64,000 nt of DNA from an uncultured Candidatus Saccharibacteria bacterium (GCA_964491925.1 CAZBGZ010000002.1:49492-113491); one strand, 5' to 3'; positions 35,441-45,819 are shown, counted from the first letter of the stretch. The notes: generated by a model from the letters alone, not told the origin. Translations and numbers: made by a program.

Positions 35441-36481
35441 ATGAAAAAGTTTGTTGAATTGCCAAAACTTAAAGCGGGAGATCAAGTTGCAGTTATCTCT
35501 CCATCCGCCGGACTGCCTGGACTTTTCCCATGGGTCCAAGACTTGGGGATAAAAAGACTAGAAGAAGTATTTGGCCTAAAAGCAAAAGAATACTCAACCA
35601 CGAGGCAAATGGGGTCTTCATTGCAAGGCAGGGCAAACGATATTCATGCTGCATTTTCTGACCCAAACAACAAAGCAGTTATCACCTCGATTGGCGGGGA
35701 GGACCAGATCAAATTGCTTAAATATCTAGATCCGGAGATTTTTTTAAAAAATCCCAAACCATTCTTTGGCTTTAGCGATAACACGCACCTGAGTAACTTT
35801 TTATGGAACCTGGGGATTCCTTCATATTACGGCGGTGCAATAATGACACAGTTTGCTATGCAGGGCAAAATGCACGATCTGACTGTCGAGTTTCTAAAAC
35901 ACGCCTTATTTAATAATGGAGAGTACGAACTAAAATCCGCTACCGAATATAACGACATTGGGCTTGATTGGGCCGACAAAGCATCACTGTCAAAGAAACG
36001 AATCATGGAGTCTAATGAAGGACTGTTTTGGAACGGAGACCAAAGCTCTGAAGGCATACTGTGGGGTGGTTGTGTTGAATTACTCATACAGCAAGCGTTA
36101 GTTGGTAAATATCTGCCAAAAAATGAAGAACTAGAGGGCAGTATATTGTTCATAGAAACCGCCGAAGATATTCCTGAGCTTTGGCTAGTCGAGTCCTTGC
36201 TAGTAGGTTTTGGTGAGCGCGGCTGGTTTGATAAATTTCAGGCGGTTCTGGTGGGTAGACCTAAAGCATGGGACTTCGCGAAACAAAACAGCGCAGAGCA
36301 GAAAGCAAACTATCGACAACAGCAACGCTCAATAGTAGTAAAAACGGTCCGTACATACAATAAAACCATTCCAATAGTGCAGAATCTAGACTTCGGGCAC
36401 ACAGACCCGCAGATTGCACTACCGGTTGGTAATCATGTCAGAATTGACCCATCGATGAGAAAAATATTCCTAACTTACTGA
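35441..36481 (+). CDS. LD-carboxypeptidase (peptidase S66; LdcA/MccF-like)
   Basis: 346 aa; LKAGDQVAVISPSAG N-terminus, GFSDNTHL nucleophile-Ser motif, C-terminal E...H region. Confidence 0.78.
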   Translation: MKKFVELPKLKAGDQVAVISPSAGLPGLFPWVQDLGIKRLEEVFGLKAKEYSTTRQMGSSLQGRANDIHAAFSDPNNKAVITSIGGEDQIKLLKYLDPEIFLKNPKPFFGFSDNTHLSNFLWNLGIPSYYGGAIMTQFAMQGKMHDLTVEFLKHALFNNGEYELKSATEYNDIGLDWADKASLSKKRIMESNEGLFWNGDQSSEGILWGGCVELLIQQALVGKYLPKNEELEGSILFIETAEDIPELWLVESLLVGFGERGWFDKFQAVLVGRPKAWDFAKQNSAEQKANYRQQQRSIVVKTVRTYNKTIPIVQNLDFGHTDPQIALPVGNHVRIDPSMRKIFLTY

Positions 36482-36550
36482 TAATTCGTGCCAGCAAAGA
36501 GGTATCGTTTTACTTTTGGTGATATAATATATGTAGAAAGTGGGGTGTTT

Positions 36551-36808
36551 ATGAGCAGAGAATATGCTGAAGAAGAAGCGCGAAAAATTGGCGAAGAAAT
36601 TGGAGTAGATTTTGAAAAATTCTCTCTGAGCGAGTTTCGACGCGGCCTAGAGGTGGAGATGGAGCATGGTTCACTGTGGGGCGACGAAACTAATGTAACA
36701 AAGGACGATCCGCATTTTACTGGCAAGATAGCTTGGGCTCACCTGAAAGAAATACCAGATTATTACACGCGCCTGGGCAAAATGGAAGCCGAGGCAGAAG
36801 GCAAATAG
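36551..36808 (+). CDS. DUF5661-like small protein
   Basis: Start moved to ATG 36551 (MSREYAEEEA). EFRRGLEVEMEHG...TNVTKDD...KIAWAHLKEIPDYYTRL matches my memory of DUF5661. TGATATAAT at 36520-36528. Confidence 0.55.
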   Translation: MSREYAEEEARKIGEEIGVDFEKFSLSEFRRGLEVEMEHGSLWGDETNVTKDDPHFTGKIAWAHLKEIPDYYTRLGKMEAEAEGK

Positions 36809-36918
36809 TTTCCACAGGTTGTAATCAAGGCAAGTATATATTGTTGTAATATTCCCATGCATTTAGTGTGCAAAAACAGCCACTTTGTGCTACAATTTAT
36901 ACATAGCAAATAATATGC

Positions 36919-36947
36919 TTGACTTTTAAAACATTAAGTTTTATAAT
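36919..36947 (+). promoter_or_regulatory. canonical sigma70 promoter TTGACT-17-TATAAT
   Basis: -35 at 36919-36924, exact 17-nt spacer, -10 at 36942-36947. A second upstream element TGCTACAAT lies at 36888-36896. ~40-nt leader with AAAGG. Confidence 0.5.
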
Positions 36948-36993
36948 TACATGTATCAGGTGGTTTTGATAAGCTAAGCAAAGGTAAAAATCA

Positions 36994-38034
36994 ATGGCAG
37001 AGCAAGCAACAACAAATCTAGACATCGAAAAACTGGTAAACAATATTGTCGGTGTTATCGAAAAAGAACGCGAACGTGAAATAGTATCTAGGCGTTTTGG
37101 CCTAAATGACCGCAAAGAAACCTTAGAACAGATAGGGGAATTGTTGGGCATTACCCGTGAGCGTGTCCGTCAGTTAGAAAAAGCAGTTGTTGCCCGCCTT
37201 AAAGCTCGTGCCGAAAAAGGTGACTTGCCAAACATTACAGAGATAGAAAATGTGCTGTTTCAGAATGTTACATCAATGGGCGGGGCAGCAAGAATTAGTA
37301 ATCTTTCAGCTAAACTGACTAAAGATAACAGCCGCATCGATCAGGCTCGTGTATCTTTTCTAACAAAGCTTTGCCCAAAACTGACCGTTCTAGACGAAAA
37401 TGACTTTTATTTCCAAGGTGTTGCCTTGGCATCAAACTTCAAAGAAGCCCAGCTAAAGAGCAGGGTAGAGGCCGTTATAAGTGCTATCAAAACCATTGGC
37501 GAACCAACTAGCATCCAAAAAATTGCCACAGAGGACGGGAAGGGGACGCCAGAAGAAGTAGCAGCTATTGCCAGTCTTTCAAAACAACTTGCGACCCTAA
37601 ACAACCGATGGGGACTTATTAAGTGGCCTATGGTCAACCCAAAGAACATTAGAGACAAAATATACATAATTTTAGTTGAAAACGGCAAACACATGCACTT
37701 TTCAGAGATCTCTGCAGCCATCAAAAAGTCAGAATTCCGCCGAAAAGACGTCACAACCCAAGCTATTCATAACGAACTTATCAAAGACAAGCGATTCGTC
37801 CTTGTGGGCCGCGGTATCTACGCCCTAAAAGAGTGGGGATACAAAAAGGGAACTGTCGCCGATGTTATAACAGAAGTGTTAAAAAAGGCAGGCGAGCCAC
37901 TACACCGCGACGAAATCGTCAAACGCGTACTAAAAGACCGTTACGTTAAAGAAACAACCATTCTTTTAAACCTACAGGGCAAACCACAGTTCAAACGAGT
38001 AGCAAAAGCTACCTACGCTCTAGCCGACGCCTAA
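36994..38034 (+). CDS. sigma-70 region-4 HTH protein with two C-terminal HARE-HTH-like domains
   Basis: 346 aa; RRFGLNDRKETLEQIGELLGITRERVRQLEKAVVARLK (r4). Later HFSEISAAI...FVLVGRGIYALKEWGY and EPLHRDEIVKRV...ATYALA winged-helix repeats. Confidence 0.65.
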   Translation: MAEQATTNLDIEKLVNNIVGVIEKEREREIVSRRFGLNDRKETLEQIGELLGITRERVRQLEKAVVARLKARAEKGDLPNITEIENVLFQNVTSMGGAARISNLSAKLTKDNSRIDQARVSFLTKLCPKLTVLDENDFYFQGVALASNFKEAQLKSRVEAVISAIKTIGEPTSIQKIATEDGKGTPEEVAAIASLSKQLATLNNRWGLIKWPMVNPKNIRDKIYIILVENGKHMHFSEISAAIKKSEFRRKDVTTQAIHNELIKDKRFVLVGRGIYALKEWGYKKGTVADVITEVLKKAGEPLHRDEIVKRVLKDRYVKETTILLNLQGKPQFKRVAKATYALADA

Positions 38035-38050
38035 TCTCACAAACAAACCC

Positions 38051-38623
38051 ATGCAACGAATTTTTCACGGCGATCGTAGTGTGGAGCTAGCCACATTTGA
38101 CTGGTACCTAGACCGTGTCATTGATAGTCGTTCTGCTATTCAAGAAATTGGAGAGATCCGCCCCTCAGACAAAACCTTTGTACGTACACTCTCATTGCGT
38201 ACTGAAAGAACACAATTTGCCAGTCTTGCCGAGCTACTAATCACTGCTGACGATGAATTTGCTAAAGTTGCTAGTGCCTGTGGTTCTACTGTCATCAGCC
38301 ATGCCTGGGGCACTGTGCTCCCCCCAATTGATATAGCGATGGGTGGCGTGACCACAGGGGTAATGTTTGCCAATCGTGAGCAAATGGGCAAATTTCACCC
38401 CTTGCTTCCAAAAGCTCAGTATCTAGCAGTTAAAATGCCTATAATTGATATTACAGGCGATCCTACGGTTCCGCTTGATCACAAATCCCAGACAGCTTAT
38501 AAACGCGAAGGCGGACCTCTATGGCAAGCCGAACTTGCTGTATCGCAGTGCATTGAAGGGGTTGACCGCGTAAGCGGTATTCTGGACACCTATTGGGTTG
38601 ACCTAGAGCCAGTCTTTGACTAA
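38051..38623 (+). CDS. hypothetical protein
   Basis: 190-aa ORF, last + strand gene before the convergence gap. Confidence 0.45.
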   Translation: MQRIFHGDRSVELATFDWYLDRVIDSRSAIQEIGEIRPSDKTFVRTLSLRTERTQFASLAELLITADDEFAKVASACGSTVISHAWGTVLPPIDIAMGGVTTGVMFANREQMGKFHPLLPKAQYLAVKMPIIDITGDPTVPLDHKSQTAYKREGGPLWQAELAVSQCIEGVDRVSGILDTYWVDLEPVFD

Positions 38624-38805
38624 AATTAAACAGAACATTTTGCGAACATGAATATGTGCGTGGACTCCGGGTAGTGGAAGCTATTATTTATAGATAACGT
38701 AACATCACAAAGACAACAGGCAACCTAAAACTAGATCTAAAATTTAGCAAAAATAATGAGACAAACAGTGAAGTAGAGAGAGCAGTACAAAAAGATATAG
38801 ATACT

Positions 38806-38833
38806 ATGTCGCACAATGTATATTTTGCGACGT
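38806..38833. other. dif-like Xer recombination site candidate
   Basis: TATGTCGCACAA-TGTATA-TTTTGCGACGT. Arms are a near-perfect inverted repeat (GTCGCAcAA / TTtTGCGAC). The 18-nt core CGCACAATGTATATTTTG matches E. coli dif CGCATAATGTATATTATG at 16/18 (dif recalled from memory). Confidence 0.35.
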
Positions 38834-39277
38834 TCTATTATTATAGATAGATGATTAACCATACCTCGCCTAACAGGGGAGTTTTTGCGTTTTTGGCACA
38901 TTGGATTGTTTTTGATGATAGTTCGCTCTCAGCATGCTCTTAGAGTTATATAGCTCTTTGTATGCCTGCGTGCGTGTGACTATACTCACATATCCACTAA
39001 TAGTTTTCCACAACAATAAATTTGCTTTTTCACTATTTTGAGTCTATTGTTATGTTTTTTACTATGTTCCCTGCACTTGTGATCATTTCACGAAAATTTG
39101 ACATTTCACGTTTTCGATATTGTTTATATGTTTTTTCAAAACAGCTTATCGTTTTAAAACGTGAACAAAATAAGAACTAGAGGGGTAGAGTAGGAAGAAT
39201 CTATGTATACCCGTAAACCAACTACTACGCAATATTTAGACTCGCGGGCCTGCTAATTTTTAACGTCAAAAAAATTA

Positions 39278-40189
39278 CTATTTGAAATAAACTCTCTCCT
39301 CTACCCTAACGTCGATATATTGTTTTGGAATCTGTTTCTTATTTTCTAGCTCGCTGTTTACTGCCAAAAAAGCTCCAATTTGCTGCACGGGATCAGAAGT
39401 CACGGAGAACTTTATATAATAGGGCTTTTTGTCAATGAATACATGCAACTCATTGGCATAATCAGGAAGTTCCATGTGGCTAACATTAATGTTTTTCTGC
39501 CCCAGCTGATACATAACTGTTTGGATAAAATCTATGCTTGATGTAGTCATAGCTTGCGTGCCTGGCCGCAAATGCAATCCTGAAGTATCAGACACCTTTA
39601 TTAGTCTGCGTGATGAACTCTTTGGCAATTCCTCGTCAGATACAACAGCCCTCCCCTTTTCATCAATAACAAATGATTCTTTGTTGGAAGTTAAAATGCA
39701 AACCGGTTCGGCGATTTTGAAATAAACACTAGGCTTTCGGCCAATTATGGGTAGTGTTACTGCAACAGTAGTAATTTCTGGGAACTCTTGACTCATAGCC
39801 TCTTCCAAGCCGGAAGTGTTAAGTGTTAGTTTGTTTTTATTCATAATAGATCCGCTCAGCCATCGATTGGCGTATCCTATGTACTCTGTTTTGGGCCGCA
39901 GAGGTACAGAGGCCGATCCCAGAGTTTTTTCGTTCACTATCACTACTCTTGACTGATTTCCCAGTGTTGTAGCATAGCCTAGACATAGAATTATTGTAAT
40001 AACAGCTAAATAGCCTGGCATTCTTGATACAAAAGAGGCTTTTTCTTCATTTTGGCTTCTTGATTCTGCTTGAGGCTGTTTTTTGCTTTTGTAGTATGAA
40101 AATACTGCCCTATTTCGAGAAGGCTGTCCAAATACTTCTCTCGAGTCAGAGATGGTATTTTTGTTTTTTTTACCGCCAAATAACTTCAT
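39278..40189 (-). CDS. ftsQ: FtsQ/DivIB-like cell-division protein (TM + POTRA-like)
   Basis: 303 aa; cytoplasmic basic N-terminus, one TM, beta-rich ectodomain; positioned directly after murG. Confidence 0.6.
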   Translation of the reverse strand: MKLFGGKKNKNTISDSREVFGQPSRNRAVFSYYKSKKQPQAESRSQNEEKASFVSRMPGYLAVITIILCLGYATTLGNQSRVVIVNEKTLGSASVPLRPKTEYIGYANRWLSGSIMNKNKLTLNTSGLEEAMSQEFPEITTVAVTLPIIGRKPSVYFKIAEPVCILTSNKESFVIDEKGRAVVSDEELPKSSSRRLIKVSDTSGLHLRPGTQAMTTSSIDFIQTVMYQLGQKNINVSHMELPDYANELHVFIDKKPYYIKFSVTSDPVQQIGAFLAVNSELENKKQIPKQYIDVRVEERVYFK

Positions 40190-40199
40190 TGTACTAGAA

Positions 40200-41366
40200 T
40201 CACCTCTTCCTGGCCGACTTTTCAGCTAGCTCTATACACATATTGGCCAGTTGATCCGTAGCATGAGGTTTTGCCAATTTTGATATGTTTTCTTTTAGCT
40301 GATCTCTTAATGCAGGAGATGATAGGACGACCCTAACCTCGCTAACAAAGATATCAGGTTGAGTCATGTCTTTCTCCTCTATAACCATAACAGCCCCGCT
40401 TGCTTTCAAATAATGTGCATTTTTTGTTTGCTGGCCATCAGTAAGTTCTGGATTTGGAACAAGAATTGTTGCTTTTCCCTGCACTGCCAGCTCGGCAACA
40501 GTCGTCGCCCCTGCCCTGGTAATTACCAAATCTGACGATCCTGTGTAAAGGTAAAAATCATCAACGAATTCTTTGACAATAATCCTGCTCATGAGCTGAT
40601 TGTTAAAATTATTGTAAATATTTTCTTTAGTTTCCCCTGTTATATGCAGTACATAAAGACGTGGGAATTCTTCTAGTAGTTGTTTGGCAATGGATACAAA
40701 GGCTTTATTCAACCTTTGTGCTCCCAGACTTCCACCTGTTACACATATAACTTCACTGTCTGCAGGTAGCCCAAGCTTAGAGCGATATTGCTTTTTTAAT
40801 ACATTTGAAACTGGCACAATATTGGCATTTAAAGGAATTCCAACATATCGAATTTTTGCTTTTGGGTATTTATAAAACTTGGCTGGCATCCCAACTGCGT
40901 GCCATTGAGCATTTTTGGAAATCAACCTGTTCGCAAGCCCCGGTACGGTATCAGAATCATGAGTAAAATATGGTATGTGCAGAATTTTGCAAGCAAAACC
41001 CAGAGGAACGCCTACAAACCCACCTTTAATAAACACTGAATGTGGTTTAACTTTATTCAAAACTCTAAGGCTCTGAAAAAATCCAATAATAAAGAAGAAA
41101 AAGTCCCGTAAGTTTTTTATATTAGTCGAATAATCTAACAAATGCTGAATCTTTGAACGGTTGTGATATCGTCTGAATTTGCCTGCTCGAATCGAAAAGA
41201 CTTCGTCGACATCTGCAGATTTTTTTGGCAAACTAGAAAAACGCCCACCTTTCTCTATGACATAGGAAATTTCAATCTCGGAGTTGGTCTGTTTTAATTT
41301 ATGTGCGACGGCTAGAAGTGGCGTAATATGGCCGCCGCTCCCCCCGCCCACCAGCATGATTTTCAT
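40200..41366 (-). CDS. murG: undecaprenyldiphospho-muramoylpentapeptide beta-N-acetylglucosaminyltransferase
   Basis: 388 aa; MKIMLVGGGSGGHITPLLAV, TGGSLGA, RAGATTVAEL motifs. Confidence 0.92.
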   Translation of the reverse strand: MKIMLVGGGSGGHITPLLAVAHKLKQTNSEIEISYVIEKGGRFSSLPKKSADVDEVFSIRAGKFRRYHNRSKIQHLLDYSTNIKNLRDFFFFIIGFFQSLRVLNKVKPHSVFIKGGFVGVPLGFACKILHIPYFTHDSDTVPGLANRLISKNAQWHAVGMPAKFYKYPKAKIRYVGIPLNANIVPVSNVLKKQYRSKLGLPADSEVICVTGGSLGAQRLNKAFVSIAKQLLEEFPRLYVLHITGETKENIYNNFNNQLMSRIIVKEFVDDFYLYTGSSDLVITRAGATTVAELAVQGKATILVPNPELTDGQQTKNAHYLKASGAVMVIEEKDMTQPDIFVSEVRVVLSSPALRDQLKENISKLAKPHATDQLANMCIELAEKSARKR

Positions 41367-42555
41367 GGGTAGAACCCTCGTTTATTTGCGCACTAGCTCG
41401 ATATGAAGTATACCTAGAAATAGAAAAAACCAAACCAACTGACGCGGTAACAAACAGCACGCTGGTGCCACCATAGCTAATGAAAGGCAAAGTAATGCCC
41501 TTTAAAGGCAAGAGCCCTACCATAGCACCGATATTGATTATAGTCTGGGTACTAAGCCATGCTAGTACTCCAGTAACCAGTAATCTTGAATAGTCGTCCG
41601 GTGCCAGTTCTAGAATTTTCATTATTCTTGCAAACAGAGCAACTAGAAGTCCGATTAATACCGCCGTCCCGACAAACCCAAATTTTTCGGCGTATATAGC
41701 GAAGATCGAGTCATTTGCAGCCTCCGGCAAGTACCCATACGCCTGGACACTACGTGCCAATCCAAGGCCAAACATACCACCAGAGCCAACAGCAATCAGT
41801 GCTTGGCACGACTGATAACCAGCACCTTGACAATCCGCGGTTGGGTTTAAAAAAGTCTGAACACGACTACGCCGATAGCCACTAGTTGTAATTGCCAATG
41901 TTGCACCCATTAATATTATTCCAGCCACCATCATCACGCGTTTTAATGGCAATCCAGCCACAAAAGCCATCGATCCCATTATCGCCACCATCACGGCCGA
42001 AGAGCCCAGGTCACTTTGCAGCACAGCAACAACTGCGCCTATCACAGCCAAAGCAATTAATAATGGTTTTAGAGTCTGGTTCCAATCGTTTAATACGCCT
42101 CTATTAATCCTGTCGCTGAGAAATCCCGCCAACCATATAATAAGAGCAAATTTTATTAACTCTGCTGCCTGAAACGAAAAGCCACCTAGCTGAATCCAAC
42201 GATAGGCACCGTTAATTCTGTCGCCGAATAGTCGAACTGCCAAAGAAGCCAGTGCAGCGAAAATTAATAAGGGCTTCTCTAGTTTCCGCCAAGAAGATGG
42301 GGCAATATTGCCAACAATTGCGAAAGAAATTACGCCGAGCCCGATAGCTATAAGTTGTTTACTGATAAAGTAGCTTTCGCTAACTCCCCTAGAAGCCGCC
42401 AAGGCAGGGCTAATTGCGAAAACCACTATTAACCCAATAACTAAAAGCACAACACTGAGCAATGGCAATAAATAATCTGGCCTATGTCTTCTGCCAGTTT
42501 CACTAGAGTTGGGCCTACCTTGCAGTGGGCGTCTTGTTACCGATATAACATTCAT
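41299..42555 (-). CDS. ftsW: SEDS-family peptidoglycan glycosyltransferase FtsW/RodA
   Basis: Start moved to ATG 42555, which forms an ATGA overlap with the mraY stop. About 10 TM helices, PLPFISYGGTS-type motif (LPLKGITLPFISYGGTS). The 3' end overlaps murG by 68 nt. Confidence 0.85.
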   Translation of the reverse strand: MNVISVTRRPLQGRPNSSETGRRHRPDYLLPLLSVVLLVIGLIVVFAISPALAASRGVSESYFISKQLIAIGLGVISFAIVGNIAPSSWRKLEKPLLIFAALASLAVRLFGDRINGAYRWIQLGGFSFQAAELIKFALIIWLAGFLSDRINRGVLNDWNQTLKPLLIALAVIGAVVAVLQSDLGSSAVMVAIMGSMAFVAGLPLKRVMMVAGIILMGATLAITTSGYRRSRVQTFLNPTADCQGAGYQSCQALIAVGSGGMFGLGLARSVQAYGYLPEAANDSIFAIYAEKFGFVGTAVLIGLLVALFARIMKILELAPDDYSRLLVTGVLAWLSTQTIINIGAMVGLLPLKGITLPFISYGGTSVLFVTASVGLVFSISRYTSYRASAQINEGSTHENHAGGRGERRPYYATSSRRT

Positions 42556-43604
42556 ACATATCGCCCAATCACGAATAAGGCTATCCCTAATACGCCAGCG
42601 ACCTGCCCAAGTATCCAAAATCGCATAGTAACCTTAGTTTCTGGCCATCCAATAGCTTCAAAATGATGATGAATAGGAGATATTCTGAAGATTTTCTTTC
42701 CGTGCCTTAACTTTTTCGATATAGTTTGCAAAATAACTGATCCTGTCTCGGCTACAAAAATAATTCCAATTATTGGCAACAGCCAAACCGTATCAGTTAT
42801 CATTGCGACCACACCCAAGGCAGTTCCTAAGGCGAAGGAGCCAACATCTCCCATAAAGAACCTTGCTGGATAGACGTTAAACCAAGTATAAGATAGTAAG
42901 CCACCCACGACACTAAGACAAAACCCCGCTACACCGTAACGAGCTTCTATAAAAGCTATAACAGCATATGCACCAAATGCGATAGCTGCTAAACCACCGG
43001 CCAACCCATCTAAACCATCTGTTATATTAACTGCGTTAGCGGTAGCTACGACAACAAATACAAACAACGGGATTACTAGCCATCCTATGTTCCATGGCCC
43101 TAGTGATGGAACATGAATACTAGTGACGTCCAACTTTGCAAAAAAATACCAACCCCCGACTAAGGCCACTGCGGTCGTTAGAAGTAATTTTAACTTTGAA
43201 GGCAACCCTGCAACGCCCTTCCCAAGGCCTCGGATATTTATAAAATCGTCAATCAAGCCAACCAAACCAGCGCCAACAAAAGCAGCTAGCGGCAACCAAG
43301 TTTCTGAACGGCTAATATTCATGGTCAGAGTGATAAATGCAACGCTAACAACAAATATAAGCCCGGCCATAGTCGGGATATGACGCTCGTGTTTTTTCGC
43401 ATGTAATTTAGTGAAAACTTTTGCTACTTCACCAGTCAGAGTAGTCTGTCTAGGCTTTTTCCACCATTGATGGTTAAAAGCCAATGTTGTATAAATTGGC
43501 GTTATTAACATACTTAGAGCAAACGTAAAAATTCCTAAGCCTAATATACGAATTAGTGTGTCGGTGTTAATGATTAGTTCTAATGTTTGTGTCATATCGT
43601 TCAT
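42552..43604 (-). CDS. mraY: phospho-N-acetylmuramoyl-pentapeptide transferase
   Basis: 350 aa; NAVNITDGLDGLA, FMGDVGS, HHHFE motifs. Confidence 0.95.
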   Translation of the reverse strand: MNDMTQTLELIINTDTLIRILGLGIFTFALSMLITPIYTTLAFNHQWWKKPRQTTLTGEVAKVFTKLHAKKHERHIPTMAGLIFVVSVAFITLTMNISRSETWLPLAAFVGAGLVGLIDDFINIRGLGKGVAGLPSKLKLLLTTAVALVGGWYFFAKLDVTSIHVPSLGPWNIGWLVIPLFVFVVVATANAVNITDGLDGLAGGLAAIAFGAYAVIAFIEARYGVAGFCLSVVGGLLSYTWFNVYPARFFMGDVGSFALGTALGVVAMITDTVWLLPIIGIIFVAETGSVILQTISKKLRHGKKIFRISPIHHHFEAIGWPETKVTMRFWILGQVAGVLGIALFVIGRYV

Positions 43605-43619
43605 TTTATTATACCTTGT

Positions 43620-45389
43620 TTATCGACTTTTTGGTTGTACAGCAAAATTATCTATTAACATATCTGATGTTGCTGCGAATATTGGCCCTGCTGCTTTAGA
43701 GCCGGCATAACCAGCTATATTTGGTGAATTTACCCTGATGATAATAACGTATTCGACTTTGTTGCCACCAACAAATCCCATGAACATACCATTAAACCTA
43801 TCTTCATAGTACCCTCCCTCTGGTTTGGATATCTGTGCTGTTCCAGTTTTTCCACCTACGCTATAGTTGGGGCGCAAACTTTTCATGCCATAAACCAAAT
43901 AATTTTTTTTGATGACAGCTTCCATCAACTCTTTAGTCTCGTTGCTTGTCTTACTGCTGACCACATTTTGATTTAGAATTTGAGGCCGTTGTTGACTAAC
44001 CTTACCCTCGTCGGTTATAACTTGGTCCACTAGCCTTGGCCGATAGTATTTACCCCCGTTAATAACACTGGATAACGCCGCGCCCATTTGAAGTGGAGTT
44101 GCGGACATACCCTGCCCGAAAGAAGTATTTGCGTATTGTATGTTCAATCCAAAACCATCGTTAGGTTTTGGGATTGACCCGGGTTGTTCATAGCCTTGTT
44201 CAACTCCTGTGGCTTTGCCAAATCGATAATGATTAGTCATATAGTCATACCATGTACTCCGTGCTTTTTCGTTTATGTTTCCACCCCCCATCTGCATCAA
44301 CAACCAAGTTGCTCCTGTGTTTAACGATAGCGTCAATATGTCAGACACTGTTCGTGTTCCGGCACCCCCATCCTCTTCGATGTTTGTGACTGTTTCTCCG
44401 TCTACCTTGAAGAAACTTGGGTCGTAGTAGGATTGGTTTTTCTTTACAGACCCTTTATCTAATGCGGCCGCAGCCGTTAATGGCTTCATGACAGAGCCCA
44501 CTTCCAAGGGGCTGCTTACAGATTCGTTATTGAAGATATTAGCGTCTTTGGCTTTATAAAATTCAGCGGGATTATAAGTTGGATAATTGGCCATTGCCTT
44601 TATAGCACCAGAATTAGGGTCCATAATCAGGGCGCTGCCAGAATCCGAGCGTGCATTTTTAAGCCCGGCCTTTAGTATGTCTTCCAGTTGCTGCTGCATT
44701 GAAATATCCAGCGTAGTCACCACTTTGCTACCCTGTTTTGGGTCAATTTCAACGTTGTCACCACTTGCAGCTAGTGGAACGCCTTTGGCGTCAGTAATTG
44801 CTTTTAAGACCCCTGGTTTACCCCTTAATGTCGAATCCATGTATTGCTCTAGACCATAATTACCCCTGCCTTCGTCATTTACAAACCCTAGAATCTGAGC
44901 AGCCATAGTACCCTGGGGGTAGACTCTGACTGGTTGCTTTTTTAACACCACGCCTTTTAGTTCCAGCTCGTCAATAGCTCTTTTTTGTGCGGTTGAGACT
45001 TTCTTTTTTAGAACCGAATAGCGTGTGTCAGCTTTCATAGCTTTTTCGTACGTAGAGACGCTGCCACCTATTATTTTTGTTAACTTCTCGGCGCTTTCCT
45101 GAGGATCATCAATAATCTTTGGATCGGCAATTACAGTATATCTCTCTTCATTAAGAACAATCGAAACCAGCCTATCACCATCATGGGCTTCGATAGCCCC
45201 TCGCTCCGGGGCTATTTCGTACTGTTTTAGCTGTCCTTGCAGTGCAGCAGTTTTATAATAATTATGACGTATAACCTGTAAATAAAAGAGACGAACTAGC
45301 AAAACGGCAAATACAAGTACTATCAGCATGTACCAAGAACGTGCACGAAAAAGAGTATTGGGTGATTTTACCTGGTTTTGATCAACCAT
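43620..45389 (-). CDS. ftsI: penicillin-binding protein 2 / FtsI-type transpeptidase
   Basis: 589 aa; N-terminal TM, SVMKP (SxxK), SFGQG region, KTGTA (KTG). Confidence 0.9.
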   Translation of the reverse strand: MVDQNQVKSPNTLFRARSWYMLIVLVFAVLLVRLFYLQVIRHNYYKTAALQGQLKQYEIAPERGAIEAHDGDRLVSIVLNEERYTVIADPKIIDDPQESAEKLTKIIGGSVSTYEKAMKADTRYSVLKKKVSTAQKRAIDELELKGVVLKKQPVRVYPQGTMAAQILGFVNDEGRGNYGLEQYMDSTLRGKPGVLKAITDAKGVPLAASGDNVEIDPKQGSKVVTTLDISMQQQLEDILKAGLKNARSDSGSALIMDPNSGAIKAMANYPTYNPAEFYKAKDANIFNNESVSSPLEVGSVMKPLTAAAALDKGSVKKNQSYYDPSFFKVDGETVTNIEEDGGAGTRTVSDILTLSLNTGATWLLMQMGGGNINEKARSTWYDYMTNHYRFGKATGVEQGYEQPGSIPKPNDGFGLNIQYANTSFGQGMSATPLQMGAALSSVINGGKYYRPRLVDQVITDEGKVSQQRPQILNQNVVSSKTSNETKELMEAVIKKNYLVYGMKSLRPNYSVGGKTGTAQISKPEGGYYEDRFNGMFMGFVGGNKVEYVIIIRVNSPNIAGYAGSKAAGPIFAATSDMLIDNFAVQPKSR

Positions 45390-45406
45390 ATATGTATTAT
45401 AATGCC

Positions 45407-45757
45407 TTACCTGTTAACAGTGCCGGACGGTGCCACGCTAACTAGGCTTTTTGCTTGATCGCTATTCTTTACACGGTCTAAGGCCTGCAATCTGGCTGAT
45501 GCAACCTCCAGTTCGGCATGTTCTTGCCTTAGCTCAGTCTGTTGATGATTAAGATCGTTTATCTGATAGCCGTAAGAGTTGGTTTTTGTAACCTGTGTAA
45601 GATATAGCAATCCTAGCAAGCATGCTAAAACAACCAAAATAATTGTATTACTAACCGGCCCTATGCCTTTTTTGTCTGATCTAAAACTTGTTGTGTTTTG
45701 GTTCCGTTGTCCGAAATGTTGCTGTCGTCCAACCGCTAATGTGCTTGAGTATGTCAT
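45407..45757 (-). CDS. FtsL-like division protein (TM + coiled coil)
   Basis: 116 aa; one TM followed by LNHQQTELRQEHAELEVASARLQAL; canonical position between rsmH and ftsI. Confidence 0.5.
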   Translation of the reverse strand: MTYSSTLAVGRQQHFGQRNQNTTSFRSDKKGIGPVSNTIILVVLACLLGLLYLTQVTKTNSYGYQINDLNHQQTELRQEHAELEVASARLQALDRVKNSDQAKSLVSVAPSGTVNR

Positions 45758-45786
45758 ATTTTTTTATTTTTGTTTTTCCCTTGGTT

Positions 45787-45819
45787 CGGGGTGGGTGTTT
45801 TGACCCACCCCGTTTTTTT
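45787..45819 (+). terminator. GC-rich hairpin plus T7; terminator-like only in the antisense (+) orientation
   Basis: CGGGGTGGGT-GTTTTG-ACCCACCCCG (perfect 10-bp stem) then TTTTTTT. Lies between rsmH and ftsL, which are on the - strand. Confidence 0.4.
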
